Shown in pieces: positions 28,009-36,651 of a stretch of 43,510 nucleotides of DNA. The translations under genes were made by a program, and so were the position numbers. Under the pieces are notes generated by a model. The model saw nothing but the letters and a program-made list of their open reading frames with translations, was not told the origin of the DNA and made no database searches. Positions within the stretch are counted from its first letter, which is position 1. Each line of letters opens with the position of its first letter. Origin of the DNA: a virus (Duplodnaviria; Caudoviricetes); the IMG/VR virus record IMGVR_UViG_3300044728_000232, positions 1-43,510 of that record; one strand, given 5' to 3'.

Positions 28009-28614
28009 ATGTCCGCAGTCCTCGAAAATACCGAAACCCCCGTAGTCGACGCTCCGGTTGCTCCCGCCCCGGTTCCGACCCCGGAAAAGGCAACGTCCCG
28101 CCAAATGACCTTTTCGGTCCTGGAATCGGGCGAAGTCCGCGCCGACTTCGGCGAAGGCATCGAGCCCATCGTTTTCATGCCCGCGAATCTCCCCGAATCC
28201 CTTTTTCCCCAAGCACTCGCAAAAGGTTTCATCACCCGCCTGCAAGGCTATACCTCGCGCCTCTCGGGCGAAGGACGCACGCCGGAAACCCTCCGCGCTG
28301 CCGTCGCCACGGGCCTAGAGGATTTGAAGGCGGGTAAATGGGCTGCCGAGCGCATCGCCGGAGAATCCGAAATCTCCATCGAAGGCGAAGCGGCGTATCG
28401 CTATCGCGTTGGACGGGCGAAGGACAAGGGCGAAGTCTACTCCGGCACCCTGGCCGATGCTGCCCGGGATTACGCCGCGCTGACCGACGACCAGAAGAAG
28501 AAACTGAAAGCGGTTCCCCGCTTCGCTGCGGCCTACGCTGCCGTCAAGGCCGAGCGCCAAACGGCCCGCGCCGAGATGCTCGCCAAGAAAGCCGGGGAAG
28601 AAATCGACTTTTAA
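28009..28614 (+). CDS. Hypothetical protein (201 aa) ending GEEIDF
   Basis: GGAG RBS before ATG 28009; strong codon bias. Confidence 0.8.
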   Translation: MSAVLENTETPVVDAPVAPAPVPTPEKATSRQMTFSVLESGEVRADFGEGIEPIVFMPANLPESLFPQALAKGFITRLQGYTSRLSGEGRTPETLRAAVATGLEDLKAGKWAAERIAGESEISIEGEAAYRYRVGRAKDKGEVYSGTLADAARDYAALTDDQKKKLKAVPRFAAAYAAVKAERQTARAEMLAKKAGEEIDF

Positions 28615-28721
28615 CCTCACGGGGGATAACTTCCCCCCTCCCTTTCCCCCTTTCAAGCCCTGCATGGTAACGTGTGGGGCTTTCGCTTTTGAAAGTGCGC
28701 GCTTTTAGGAGTTTCCCTATC

Positions 28722-29204
28722 ATGTCACCTTACAAAGCTTGGATTATCCCCATCGAAGGCTCGACCCCTCCGACCGGGCCAGTCGATCCGGGATATTCCC
28801 CACCCTGGGCACAAGTCCCGGGAGCGGGAACCCCGCAACCTCCCCGCCCGTGGGAACCGGCATTCCCCACGAATCCCATCCAACTCCCCCCGTGGGCCGG
28901 TGGTTTCCAACCCCGCCCAACGCATCCCATCGTTCTCCCGCCCGAAGCTGGCCCGCCAGTAACCCCGGAACACCCCATTGTCCTCCCGCCCGGTATTCCC
29001 CCCTCTGGCGGCGGCTCAGCGGGGATTGTGGTCCCCCTGCCTCCGGGAACCGAAGCGCCGCCCGCCCCCGAAGGCGTGCCAGCGGGTTCCGCCCCTGCCG
29101 TGGTCTGGTTTGGCCCGGGGACAATCCCCACCGTCGCATGGATTCCCCCATACGGCACAACCGGCCCGGTTCCAGTCCCCCCGCCGACGCCAGCCCCGGT
29201 CTAA
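28722..29204 (+). CDS. Proline-rich repeat protein
   Basis: AGGAG RBS; repeats PTNPIQLPP, PTHPIVLPP, PEHPIVLPP. Confidence 0.7.
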   Translation: MSPYKAWIIPIEGSTPPTGPVDPGYSPPWAQVPGAGTPQPPRPWEPAFPTNPIQLPPWAGGFQPRPTHPIVLPPEAGPPVTPEHPIVLPPGIPPSGGGSAGIVVPLPPGTEAPPAPEGVPAGSAPAVVWFGPGTIPTVAWIPPYGTTGPVPVPPPTPAPV

Positions 29205-29237
29205 TCCGGGGATAATCCCCCTCTAGGAGAAAATCCA

Positions 29238-30704
29238 ATGCATTCATCCCCTCATGGTTGCGATGCCCTAGGCGAATTCGCTCTCGGGCGTCTTATCGTC
29301 ACGGTCCGGGAAAACACAGCCCCGGTCCAAGTCGAAGAACTCGCCCGTTCCCATTCCGCCCGGGTTGAATCCCTCGGGGAAACGCATTGGCTCTTTCACT
29401 TCCCAGAGGGGGCGGATATCGAGGGGAAAATCCCCCTCCTCCTCATAATCCCCTTCGTCCGATTCGCCGAACTAGATCGAGTCGTGCGGATTCCCGAATG
29501 GGAGGGGAAAGAGGAAGAGGGGGATAATCCCGCTCCCCTCCTCGTCACAAATGACCCTCTCATCCCCAAACAGTGGCACCTAAACGCCTGCAACGTAAAA
29601 CCCTGCTGGGACGTAACCACCGGGGAAGGTATCTACGTCGGGATTATCGATACCGGCATCTCCTACACCCACCCCGATCTTATCGTAGACCAAGAAAAAT
29701 CTTGGAACTACTACGCCGGGACCGCTGATGCCCGGGATGATAACGGACACGGAACCTGCGTCGGCGGCGTCGTCGCAATGGTCCTAAACAACGCGAAAGG
29801 CGGGGCGGGAATTTCCCCCTCCGCAATCCTCGTCGCGTTTAAGGTCGCCGATTCTACGGGTCTGGGATACTGGTCTAAAATCGTCGCCTCCATCAACGCG
29901 GCGATGGGGAAAGGCGTCCGCGTCCTAAACGCCTCTTTCGGGGACCTCCTCAACGCCGGTTCCATCCTCTCCGCCGCTGCCGCGTATAAGGCGAAGGGCG
30001 GGATTCTCTGTATCGCAGGCGGGAATACCGGAAACGACCCCGGCTACACGCCGTCCGATTCCGTCATTACTGTCGTCGGTACAAATCAGTCGAATGTCCG
30101 GTGGTCTAGTTCTTCTTACGGACCCTGGGCTAATATCGCGGCTCCCGCAGTCTCTATCTGCTCCTCCCTCATGTCGGGCGGGTATACCTATTCCGCCTCG
30201 GGAACTTCCTTCGCATCCCCAATCGTCGCAGGCGCAGTTGCGCTAATCATGACCGCCTCGAAACTCCTGACGAGTAAGCAAATCGAGGAAGTTCTCTACG
30301 CCACCGCGACTCCCATCTCCTCGGCGGGAATGGGGAGCGGGAAACTCAACGCCTGGAAGGCCGTAACTCACGCCCAAGAATTCAACCCGAATCCCCCTAT
30401 CGAACCTCCCATCGAGCCCCCGGTCGAACCCCCTCCCATCGACATTACCGCCCCGACCGTAACCATCTCCGCGCCGGATACCATCTCGGGGAACGTCACC
30501 GTTTCTATGGCCTCCTCCGAATCCGCCGCCCTGGAAATCCTCATCAACGGGAAAATCCGCGCAACCGGAACCGGGCGGGCCTTGAAATTCCAATGGAACA
30601 CCCGGAAAGAGGCGAAGGGGAATCACCTAATCCTCGCCCGGGCCACTGACTCAGCCTCTCCCCCAAACATTGGGCAGGCCGAGAAAACCGTAGTTAAATC
30701 CTAA
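29238..30704 (+). CDS. S8 subtilisin-like serine protease with C-terminal Ig-like domain
   Basis: Catalytic triad IIDTG / NGHGT / SGTSFASP; N-terminal prodomain; PPIE linker; D.TAPTVTI...ARATD..N.G. Confidence 0.92.
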   Translation: MHSSPHGCDALGEFALGRLIVTVRENTAPVQVEELARSHSARVESLGETHWLFHFPEGADIEGKIPLLLIIPFVRFAELDRVVRIPEWEGKEEEGDNPAPLLVTNDPLIPKQWHLNACNVKPCWDVTTGEGIYVGIIDTGISYTHPDLIVDQEKSWNYYAGTADARDDNGHGTCVGGVVAMVLNNAKGGAGISPSAILVAFKVADSTGLGYWSKIVASINAAMGKGVRVLNASFGDLLNAGSILSAAAAYKAKGGILCIAGGNTGNDPGYTPSDSVITVVGTNQSNVRWSSSSYGPWANIAAPAVSICSSLMSGGYTYSASGTSFASPIVAGAVALIMTASKLLTSKQIEEVLYATATPISSAGMGSGKLNAWKAVTHAQEFNPNPPIEPPIEPPVEPPPIDITAPTVTISAPDTISGNVTVSMASSESAALEILINGKIRATGTGRALKFQWNTRKEAKGNHLILARATDSASPPNIGQAEKTVVKS

Positions 30705-30717
30705 AGGGGAATATCCC

Positions 30718-30912
30718 ATGATCGAACTCCTCCTGACTCTTCTCATTCTTGTTTTGATTTTTGGCCTCATCTGGTGGGTCTTTACCTCCCTCATTCCGCT
30801 GCCCGATCCATTCTCCAAAATCGCGCAAGTCATCATCGCCCTGATTTTCATCCTCCTCCTCGTCGGGATTCTGTTCGGGGGAATTCCCACGCCGTTCCGC
30901 CTCCCCAGATAG
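30718..30912 (+). CDS. Small two-TM membrane protein
   Basis: Two hydrophobic helices separated by IPLPDPF; resembles the Thivi_2564 family. Confidence 0.75.
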   Translation: MIELLLTLLILVLIFGLIWWVFTSLIPLPDPFSKIAQVIIALIFILLLVGILFGGIPTPFRLPR

Positions 30913-30934
30913 CGGACAGCAGACGGGGATGCAG

Positions 30935-30961
30935 GGGGCGGGGATAATCCCGCCCTTTTTT
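30935..30961 (+). terminator. Rho-independent terminator
   Basis: GGGCGGG-loop-CCCGCCC followed by T6. Confidence 0.8.
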
Positions 30962-31055
30962 ACGCCTGGAAAGGCTTACAAAGAGTTACACATTAGTCGG
31001 GGAACCTAGGGTTAACCCCGATCCCAACGGGCAACCCACCCCCTACAATCTCCCT

Positions 31056-31376
31056 ATGCCCACCCCATCCAAACCATCTCGCTACCCGCCCGAATTCCTC
31101 GTAGCCTATGAGCTTGTCGAATCCACGCGGGAACCCCTCTTTATCGCCTCTGGCGACCCTAAGAGCCTGCAACGCAAACTATGGGGCTTTGCCCGCGCCC
31201 TGCGCGCCGAAGGTCAGGCGCCCCTCGCCGACGTTATCACCGTCAAAGAATCCCCCTCCGGCGTAACCCTCGAACACCGCTCAACCACCCGGGAAGGTCT
31301 GGAAGTCGCCGCAGCCCTCGCCCAACTCCCGGGAGGGGATGACGCGGAAGATTTTTTTGAAAGACTCGGGAAATGA
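31056..31376 (+). CDS. Hypothetical protein (106 aa)
   Basis: ATG 6 nt after TACAAT; overlaps the next start. Confidence 0.7.
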   Translation: MPTPSKPSRYPPEFLVAYELVESTREPLFIASGDPKSLQRKLWGFARALRAEGQAPLADVITVKESPSGVTLEHRSTTREGLEVAAALAQLPGGDDAEDFFERLGK

Positions 31377-31504
31377 TCGCTCTTATCGCAATTTTCGGTT
31401 CCATCGGCCTCCTCGCTCTCGGCGTGGATTTGTGGCAAGCGGGAAATTACTTCTTCGCCATCCTCTGCGGCCTGCCCGCCCTTTACGTTTTCTCGGGAAA
31501 CTAA
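31373..31504 (+). CDS. Small membrane protein (43 aa)
   Basis: MIALIAIFGSIGLLALGVDLWQAGNYFFAILCGLPALYVFSGN; ATGA coupling. Confidence 0.6.
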   Translation: MIALIAIFGSIGLLALGVDLWQAGNYFFAILCGLPALYVFSGN

Positions 31505-31505
31505 A

Positions 31506-31835
31506 ATGTCCCTCCTCGACGAACTGGCCGAAGATTTCCACGCCCTTCTTCTCGAAAAGGGGAATCTACCCGGCTCTCCCCTCCGCAAGAGCAGCCTCTG
31601 GACCGGGGAAAACAATTGGCGCATCACGGGCCAAACAGCCAAAGTCCTTCAAACCGCCTGCAATTGCGGGGAAGTCTCTTCAACCCTCCTCGGCATCTTT
31701 ACAGAAGAAACCAACGGGACAGGCGCCCGACGCCTCACCCGTTCCCTGAATCCCTCCCTCGGGGGGAAAATCGAGATTGAGAAAACTCAATCCCTCCACT
31801 GCGCCCACTGTCTGTCAGCCCTCAACTTTGAATAA
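31506..31835 (+). CDS. Hypothetical Zn-binding protein
   Basis: CNCG and CAHC motifs. Confidence 0.65.
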   Translation: MSLLDELAEDFHALLLEKGNLPGSPLRKSSLWTGENNWRITGQTAKVLQTACNCGEVSSTLLGIFTEETNGTGARRLTRSLNPSLGGKIEIEKTQSLHCAHCLSALNFE

Positions 31836-31848
31836 AGGAACCTGCGAA

Positions 31849-32163
31849 ATGTCCTTTCATAACTCCCGCGTCAACGCGGCCCTGGAAACCGCCCAAAAGA
31901 TCGGCCCGGAAGAATTCGCCAACACTCGCCGCGCCTCCCTCTGGACCGCCGTTCTCGTCATGGCGAAAATGCCCCTCCCCGGCAACCGCCTCATCGCCGA
32001 GATGGAGCGGAAGAAAACTCTCGACCTCCTCATGGCCCTGGCCTCGGAGGAACTCTCCTCCGAATTCATCTCGAAGCATATGACCCCGATGATGAAAATG
32101 TTCAACGGGGATATCGCGGACATGCACGCCGAAGTCGTCAGCGACTTCCAGCGGAAGGGCTGA
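31849..32163 (+). CDS. Hypothetical protein
   Basis: AAGGA RBS, ATG at 31849. Confidence 0.7.
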   Translation: MSFHNSRVNAALETAQKIGPEEFANTRRASLWTAVLVMAKMPLPGNRLIAEMERKKTLDLLMALASEELSSEFISKHMTPMMKMFNGDIADMHAEVVSDFQRKG

Positions 32164-32164
32164 A

Positions 32165-32380
32165 ATGGAAAACCATCCCCTCTCCGACGTTCCGTTTTCT
32201 AAAGAGGAAATCGCTGCCCTCCGTGAGAGCGCCGGAAAGGGGAAAATCCCCACCCTCCTCGACGTTCGGAGATACGTCCTCTCCACCCGAATCTCCTATA
32301 TGGCTATCGAAGCCAAGGTAAAACCCAAGGACCGCACGAAAAAACCAACCGTCGATGAAAACCAAATCGACTTCTTCTAG
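32165..32380 (+). CDS. Small protein ending DENQIDFF
   Basis: 71-aa ORF tightly packed in the operon. Confidence 0.7.
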   Translation: MENHPLSDVPFSKEEIAALRESAGKGKIPTLLDVRRYVLSTRISYMAIEAKVKPKDRTKKPTVDENQIDFF

Positions 32381-32391
32381 AAAGCGATAAC

Positions 32392-32736
32392 ATGAAAATC
32401 TTCCCCGAATCCCCTGCCGGAGTCACCCCTGTCGAAATGGGGGCCGAAGATGCCGCCCTCATGCTCGGGAATGATGGCTCGGTGCAACTCCTCCTGCCGA
32501 CGAACTGCCGGGATAAACTCGTCACGGACGAAACCGAAGAGTTCCGCGCCACCTTCGACGCCTTTCTCTGCGCGGCTTTTCTCTGCGATCATCCCCTCGC
32601 CGACTTCTGCCGGAAGATGCTGACTCCCCTCGCCAATCGCGCATTGGAGAAGCGCCATCTCCTCGAAACCATGCCGCTTTCCCCCTCCTCGGAGATGCCA
32701 AATGAAATTGAAGCACTTGAACCTAAATTTCATTGA
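32392..32736 (+). CDS. Hypothetical protein
   Basis: 114-aa ORF in the operon. Confidence 0.6.
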   Translation: MKIFPESPAGVTPVEMGAEDAALMLGNDGSVQLLLPTNCRDKLVTDETEEFRATFDAFLCAAFLCDHPLADFCRKMLTPLANRALEKRHLLETMPLSPSSEMPNEIEALEPKFH

Positions 32737-33112
32737 CCCCCTGACGCGGCTGGGGAATAAATCCCCCGGTCCCGCAGAGCGGACAGCGGACGGGGACGGT
32801 GCAACCGCAGCCCGGGGACCGGACAGCATTCTGACCGAAACCTACCTCGCTGCGACAGAGCAGAAGGTTTTCCCCGAATGCGTTAAGGTTTATGGCGGCG
32901 CTCGGTGCGTGGGAAAGGTCAGCCGCTCCCCCTGGACATGGACCCCTCACATCCCCGGGGATAACTGCAACATCGCCCCCGGCGTGGAAATCCTCGCCGA
33001 ACTCCGTGACGGGACATGGGCCACGGATTTTGCCGAGAATCTTTTCTGGGGAATAGTCCGGGAATGCCCCGCCGTTGAGATTGTCCGCTGGCGCCCCCTC
33101 TACCCGGTATGA
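32702..33112 (+). CDS. Hypothetical protein (true start uncertain)
   Basis: C-terminal half W..H.G..C...V....RDG...W....IV.WR resembles small phage domains; stop coupled to the next ATG. Confidence 0.5.
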   Translation: MKLKHLNLNFIDPLTRLGNKSPGPAERTADGDGATAARGPDSILTETYLAATEQKVFPECVKVYGGARCVGKVSRSPWTWTPHIPGDNCNIAPGVEILAELRDGTWATDFAENLFWGIVRECPAVEIVRWRPLYPV

Positions 33113-33288
33113 AACCCCTCCCCCCACTCACCCCGGCGCAGGAAGAAGCCATGCGCCTCCAATCGAGAATCCGTTCAAGGGAAAACATCCCCCTGGACGA
33201 ACTCAAAGCCTTCATCATCCTGGCGAATAAGAACCTCGAAAAGCAGCGCCGGGAAGTTGATAAGCCCACCGATGTAGATTTCTTCTAG
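33109..33288 (+). CDS. Small protein (59 aa) ending KPTDVDFF
   Basis: Translated by hand: MKPLPPLTPAQEEAMRLQSRIRSRENIPLDELKAFIILANKNLEKQRREVDKPTDVDFF; below the ORF-track cutoff. Confidence 0.7.
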   Translation: MKPLPPLTPAQEEAMRLQSRIRSRENIPLDELKAFIILANKNLEKQRREVDKPTDVDFF

Positions 33289-33299
33289 GAGAATCCCCC

Positions 33300-33575
33300 T
33301 TGAACACCCGCAAGAAAACGGCTAAAAAGCCTTCCCTTTCCCTCCGCCCCTTCACAACCTCCTACGCACTCTGGAGCGGGCACTGCAAAACCCGGGAGGG
33401 GGCAATTCAGGCCGCCACAAAACACGTTCTGAAAGACGGCTATACAACCTGCTCCATCGACAACCGGGATACCGGCGCGCATGTCGCCTCGGTCCGTGTC
33501 GATAATAACCGGCTAGGCTACTCCGTCAAGTTCGCAAAGCCCCTCCTCCCCGGGATTCTTCGGAGGGTGAAATGA
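33300..33575 (+). CDS. Hypothetical protein
   Basis: AGGAG RBS, TTG start. Confidence 0.65.
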   Translation: MNTRKKTAKKPSLSLRPFTTSYALWSGHCKTREGAIQAATKHVLKDGYTTCSIDNRDTGAHVASVRVDNNRLGYSVKFAKPLLPGILRRVK

Positions 33576-33826
33576 AAGAAATTGAAATCCCCTTCTACCC
33601 CGCCCACAAAGGCTCGAAGCCCGTCAACCTTGGCGAAGCCCTGCGGGACCAAAACTTCTGTGTTTCCCTCCTCGGGATTCTCCTCCTCCGGTCAGGGGAA
33701 AAGTTCTTCTCCTTTTCCCAATCCGACTTCGACTCGATCACGGGAATTTCTGTCCTTGAAGGACAGGATATGCAAACCGGGGAATTCCTCATTGGCCTCG
33801 CTTATCCAGCGGAGAAAAACGGATGA
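33572..33826 (+). CDS. Hypothetical protein
   Basis: GGAGG RBS; ATGA coupling on both sides. Confidence 0.65.
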   Translation: MKEIEIPFYPAHKGSKPVNLGEALRDQNFCVSLLGILLLRSGEKFFSFSQSDFDSITGISVLEGQDMQTGEFLIGLAYPAEKNG

Positions 33827-34152
33827 TCGCCTATAACTTCGCAGACGCCGAAGCCGAAACGTATATCCGCTTCGAGATTCCCCTCTACGACGGAATCCCC
33901 GAGTTCCAGTTCGCCTACATCGACTTCACCCTCATCACGCCTTTCCCCGAAGGATATTCCCTCGACATGTCGGCCCGCCTCGTCGAGTTCTTTTCCCCCT
34001 CCCTCGAATTCTCCATGACCGGGACTTCTTGGTTCCTCACCCTCCCCGGCATCCACCTGTTCGGGGATTCCCTCCGTCAAATCCCCGAGCCGGGAACCAT
34101 CGGCCTCATCCTCGCCGGTCTTTTCACCCTCTTATCCCTTCGCCGCACATGA
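33823..34152 (+). CDS. PEP-CTERM sorting-domain protein
   Basis: C-terminus IPEPGTIGLILAGLFTLLSLRRT = PEP motif + TM helix + basic residues. Confidence 0.85.
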   Translation: MIAYNFADAEAETYIRFEIPLYDGIPEFQFAYIDFTLITPFPEGYSLDMSARLVEFFSPSLEFSMTGTSWFLTLPGIHLFGDSLRQIPEPGTIGLILAGLFTLLSLRRT

Positions 34153-34280
34153 AAGCCTTCCTAACCTTCTGGCGCTCCATGACCGACCTTGAACGGGCCG
34201 TCCTCTGGCTCGTCCTCGTCCTGGGAACCGCCTCCCTCTTCTTCTTCATCTTCCTCCTCTCCCTCATTTTCCAACTATGA
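34149..34280 (+). CDS. Small single-TM protein (43 aa)
   Basis: MKAFLTFWRSMTDLERAVLWLVLVLGTASLFFFIFLLSLIFQL; coupled on both sides. Confidence 0.6.
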   Translation: MKAFLTFWRSMTDLERAVLWLVLVLGTASLFFFIFLLSLIFQL

Positions 34281-35203
34281 ACCAAATCCGCCCCCCATTC
34301 CCGCTCGTATGGGATAACACCATGCGGACCTCGTTTATCTCTTGCCCCCGCCGCTTCGCCTGGGAATACATGCGGCACTTCAAGCATAAAGGTCTAAACG
34401 TCAACCTCCACGCAGGCGCGGCTTGGGCGCATGGCCTGGAAGTCGCCCGTATGGCCTACTACCGGGACCATTTCGACTCCTCCAACGCCCAAGCAATGGG
34501 CCTCGCAGCCCTCATGGAAGCTTATGGCGACTATGATCCCGGCCCCTCCTCGCCAAAAACTCTCTCCCGCCTCATGGAAGCTTTCGCCTACTACTGGAAA
34601 GCTTTCCCCTTCGACACTGATCCCGTCCAGCCCTACATCGGCCCCTCGGGAAACCCGATGGTCGAATTCAGTTTCGCTCTACCCCTCGACGATTCCCTCC
34701 TCCACCCAGAAACCGGGGAACCCCTAATCTACGCCGGTCGGGCGGATATGGTAGCGACCTACGCCGGGGCGGTTTCTGTCTATGACGATAAAACCACCAA
34801 ATCCATCGGAGCCTCATGGGCCGACCAGTGGGACCGCCGGAGCCAATTCACCGGCTACGTCTGGGCGGGGCGGGCCTATAACATCCCCATCCGGCAAGTC
34901 GTCGTCCGGGGAATCGGCCTCCTGAAAACAACAACCACCCACGCCCAAACCATCACCCCTCGCACCGACCATCACATCGCCGAATGGCACTTTCAAGCCG
35001 TGCGGGATATCAAACGCGCCATCGAATGCTGGAAAGAGGGATATTGGGACGTTAATCTCTCGGACGCATGTTCCTCCTATGGCTCCTGCATGTTCAAACA
35101 GCCGTGCATGTCCTCCGATCCCGAGCCTTGGCTCGTCGGCGGGAATTACGCCGTCAGGCAATGGAACCCGGTGACGCGGATCGAAGAGGAGAAAATCGCA
35201 TGA
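34277..35203 (+). CDS. PD-(D/E)XK exonuclease (RecB/Cas4-like)
   Basis: CPRRF, G.AWH-like, E..F, GRAD, DDKTT, Q..GY, C-terminal C....C....C Fe-S cysteines. Confidence 0.85.
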   Translation: MNQIRPPFPLVWDNTMRTSFISCPRRFAWEYMRHFKHKGLNVNLHAGAAWAHGLEVARMAYYRDHFDSSNAQAMGLAALMEAYGDYDPGPSSPKTLSRLMEAFAYYWKAFPFDTDPVQPYIGPSGNPMVEFSFALPLDDSLLHPETGEPLIYAGRADMVATYAGAVSVYDDKTTKSIGASWADQWDRRSQFTGYVWAGRAYNIPIRQVVVRGIGLLKTTTTHAQTITPRTDHHIAEWHFQAVRDIKRAIECWKEGYWDVNLSDACSSYGSCMFKQPCMSSDPEPWLVGGNYAVRQWNPVTRIEEEKIA

Positions 35204-35451
35204 TCGGCTATTCCATCGCGGGGATATTCATCCTCCTCTCCGCCGTAATCGCGCTCTATCAAGCCGATTATACCCTCTTCGCCTGGATCATAACCACCGG
35301 CCTCACCCTCGGTTTAGCCGCCTCTAAAGAGTGGAGGCTGAATCAAATCACCCTCGCCCATAAAGCCTTTCTGAAAGAACTCCATGAAATCTCTTCTTCG
35401 CTGCCTCAGAATCCCGACGCCCCTCGCTCTGGCCCAACGCCATCTCGCTGA
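35200..35451 (+). CDS. Small membrane protein
   Basis: Two hydrophobic N-terminal segments; ATGA coupling with GAGGAG RBS. Confidence 0.6.
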   Translation: MIGYSIAGIFILLSAVIALYQADYTLFAWIITTGLTLGLAASKEWRLNQITLAHKAFLKELHEISSSLPQNPDAPRSGPTPSR

Positions 35452-35572
35452 AACTCAGCGTGACCTCCTCGCCGCCGAAACCCATCTCGAAGATTGGGCC
35501 GCTCAGGTGGCTAAGCTCCGAAGCAGAATACTTCGCCTGGAAAACAGGGTTGAGCGGGGAAACAATGGCTGA
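35384..35572 (+). CDS. Small coiled-coil hypothetical protein
   Basis: TPL..A...L......LL.A.......A.V......I.RL pattern. Confidence 0.6.
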   Translation: MKSLLRCLRIPTPLALAQRHLAETQRDLLAAETHLEDWAAQVAKLRSRILRLENRVERGNNG

Positions 35573-35879
35573 CTACCTCCCCCCTCATGTGAGGCTGGAG
35601 AAACCTCCTCCTTGGAATGAACGGAGAGTCCTCTTCTTCGTCGGCGGGGGTCGGGATGGGGAATCTCTCTTCATCGACTCTTCCCAAGGGGATACCATCC
35701 GAGTCCCCATATTCGAGCCCATCCGTCCCCGGGGATTCCGGACCGACGAATATAAAATCGAGAAGGTCTATGACAACCATAAAGTCTACTGGATCGCCTT
35801 CCACTCCTCGATTCCCCGCTCGGACTACGGCAACATGATCCACGCAGCGATCAAATATATCCTCTCCCAAAATGGATAA
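35565..35879 (+). CDS. Hypothetical protein
   Basis: Start MADYLPP at 35565; FVGG.RDG motif. Confidence 0.6.
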   Translation: MADYLPPHVRLEKPPPWNERRVLFFVGGGRDGESLFIDSSQGDTIRVPIFEPIRPRGFRTDEYKIEKVYDNHKVYWIAFHSSIPRSDYGNMIHAAIKYILSQNG

Positions 35880-36010
35880 AACATGCCATCTCCATCTCGG
35901 CGGGAGCTTTTCCTCCAAAACCGCCTTGCTCTGGCTTCGACCCTTTTGTATGAGTGCTCGCAGGTTTTATCTGGCAAGACCAGATCATCCCTCCCAACCC
36001 TGATTCTAGA

Positions 36011-36358
36011 ATGCGAACTTTTTTTCTCGGAGACGAAATCCTTACTCGTTGTGGAACTTCGGGAGGATCAGAAACGCGCGGGGGAATCTCATATTTCTGC
36101 CCCCACTGCGGGAGAGTCTGGGGAAAAGTCAGCCTCTCCTGGGTTCAGTGGATGGCAGCGAATATCCCCTGTTCAACCTGCCCCAAATACGACGGAATCC
36201 GATCCGCCCCCGGTTCCTTCCTTAAACCCCTCACCTGGTGGGATATTCCCGCCAACCAATCCCTCGCCCGACAGCTTGATATCGCGGATTCGACACTCCT
36301 ACGATATGAGGCTGAAAGGCATATCGCCTGGCTCTTAAAGGACCTTGAAAATGCCTAA
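36011..36358 (+). CDS. Zn-finger hypothetical protein
   Basis: YFCPHCGRVW...CSTC; overlaps alternative ORF 35883..36338. Confidence 0.55.
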   Translation: MRTFFLGDEILTRCGTSGGSETRGGISYFCPHCGRVWGKVSLSWVQWMAANIPCSTCPKYDGIRSAPGSFLKPLTWWDIPANQSLARQLDIADSTLLRYEAERHIAWLLKDLENA

Positions 36359-36650
36359 AGAAATCCCCTCCGAAACGCTCTACCGCTTTACCGATAACAC
36401 CTACGGCGGTTTTCTGAAAGAGCTTCATTATCTCGAAGATCGCCTGATCCTCTCCCCGAATCTGACGTATGAGTTTTGGAACTTCATCAAGACCATGCGT
36501 GACCCGGGAAAATTCATCTGGGTCGAACTCACGCGGGAGGAAACCACCCTCTTCTACCTCTTCTGTTGGGAAGCCTACAAAGACCATCTCGCGGACGGAG
36601 AAGCCATCATCTCCGATTCCCCCTCTGACTCTGACTCCCTGGCGCACTGA
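36351..36650 (+). CDS. Hypothetical protein
   Basis: AAGGA RBS; packed in the operon. Confidence 0.6.
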   Translation: MPKEIPSETLYRFTDNTYGGFLKELHYLEDRLILSPNLTYEFWNFIKTMRDPGKFIWVELTREETTLFYLFCWEAYKDHLADGEAIISDSPSDSDSLAH

Positions 36651-36651
36651 A

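Noticed and set aside
35883-36338. 151-aa ORF overlapping the Zn-finger ORF
   Set aside because: C-terminal half is low-complexity Pro/Ser and overlaps a better ORF; the N-terminal part may be real but cannot be resolved
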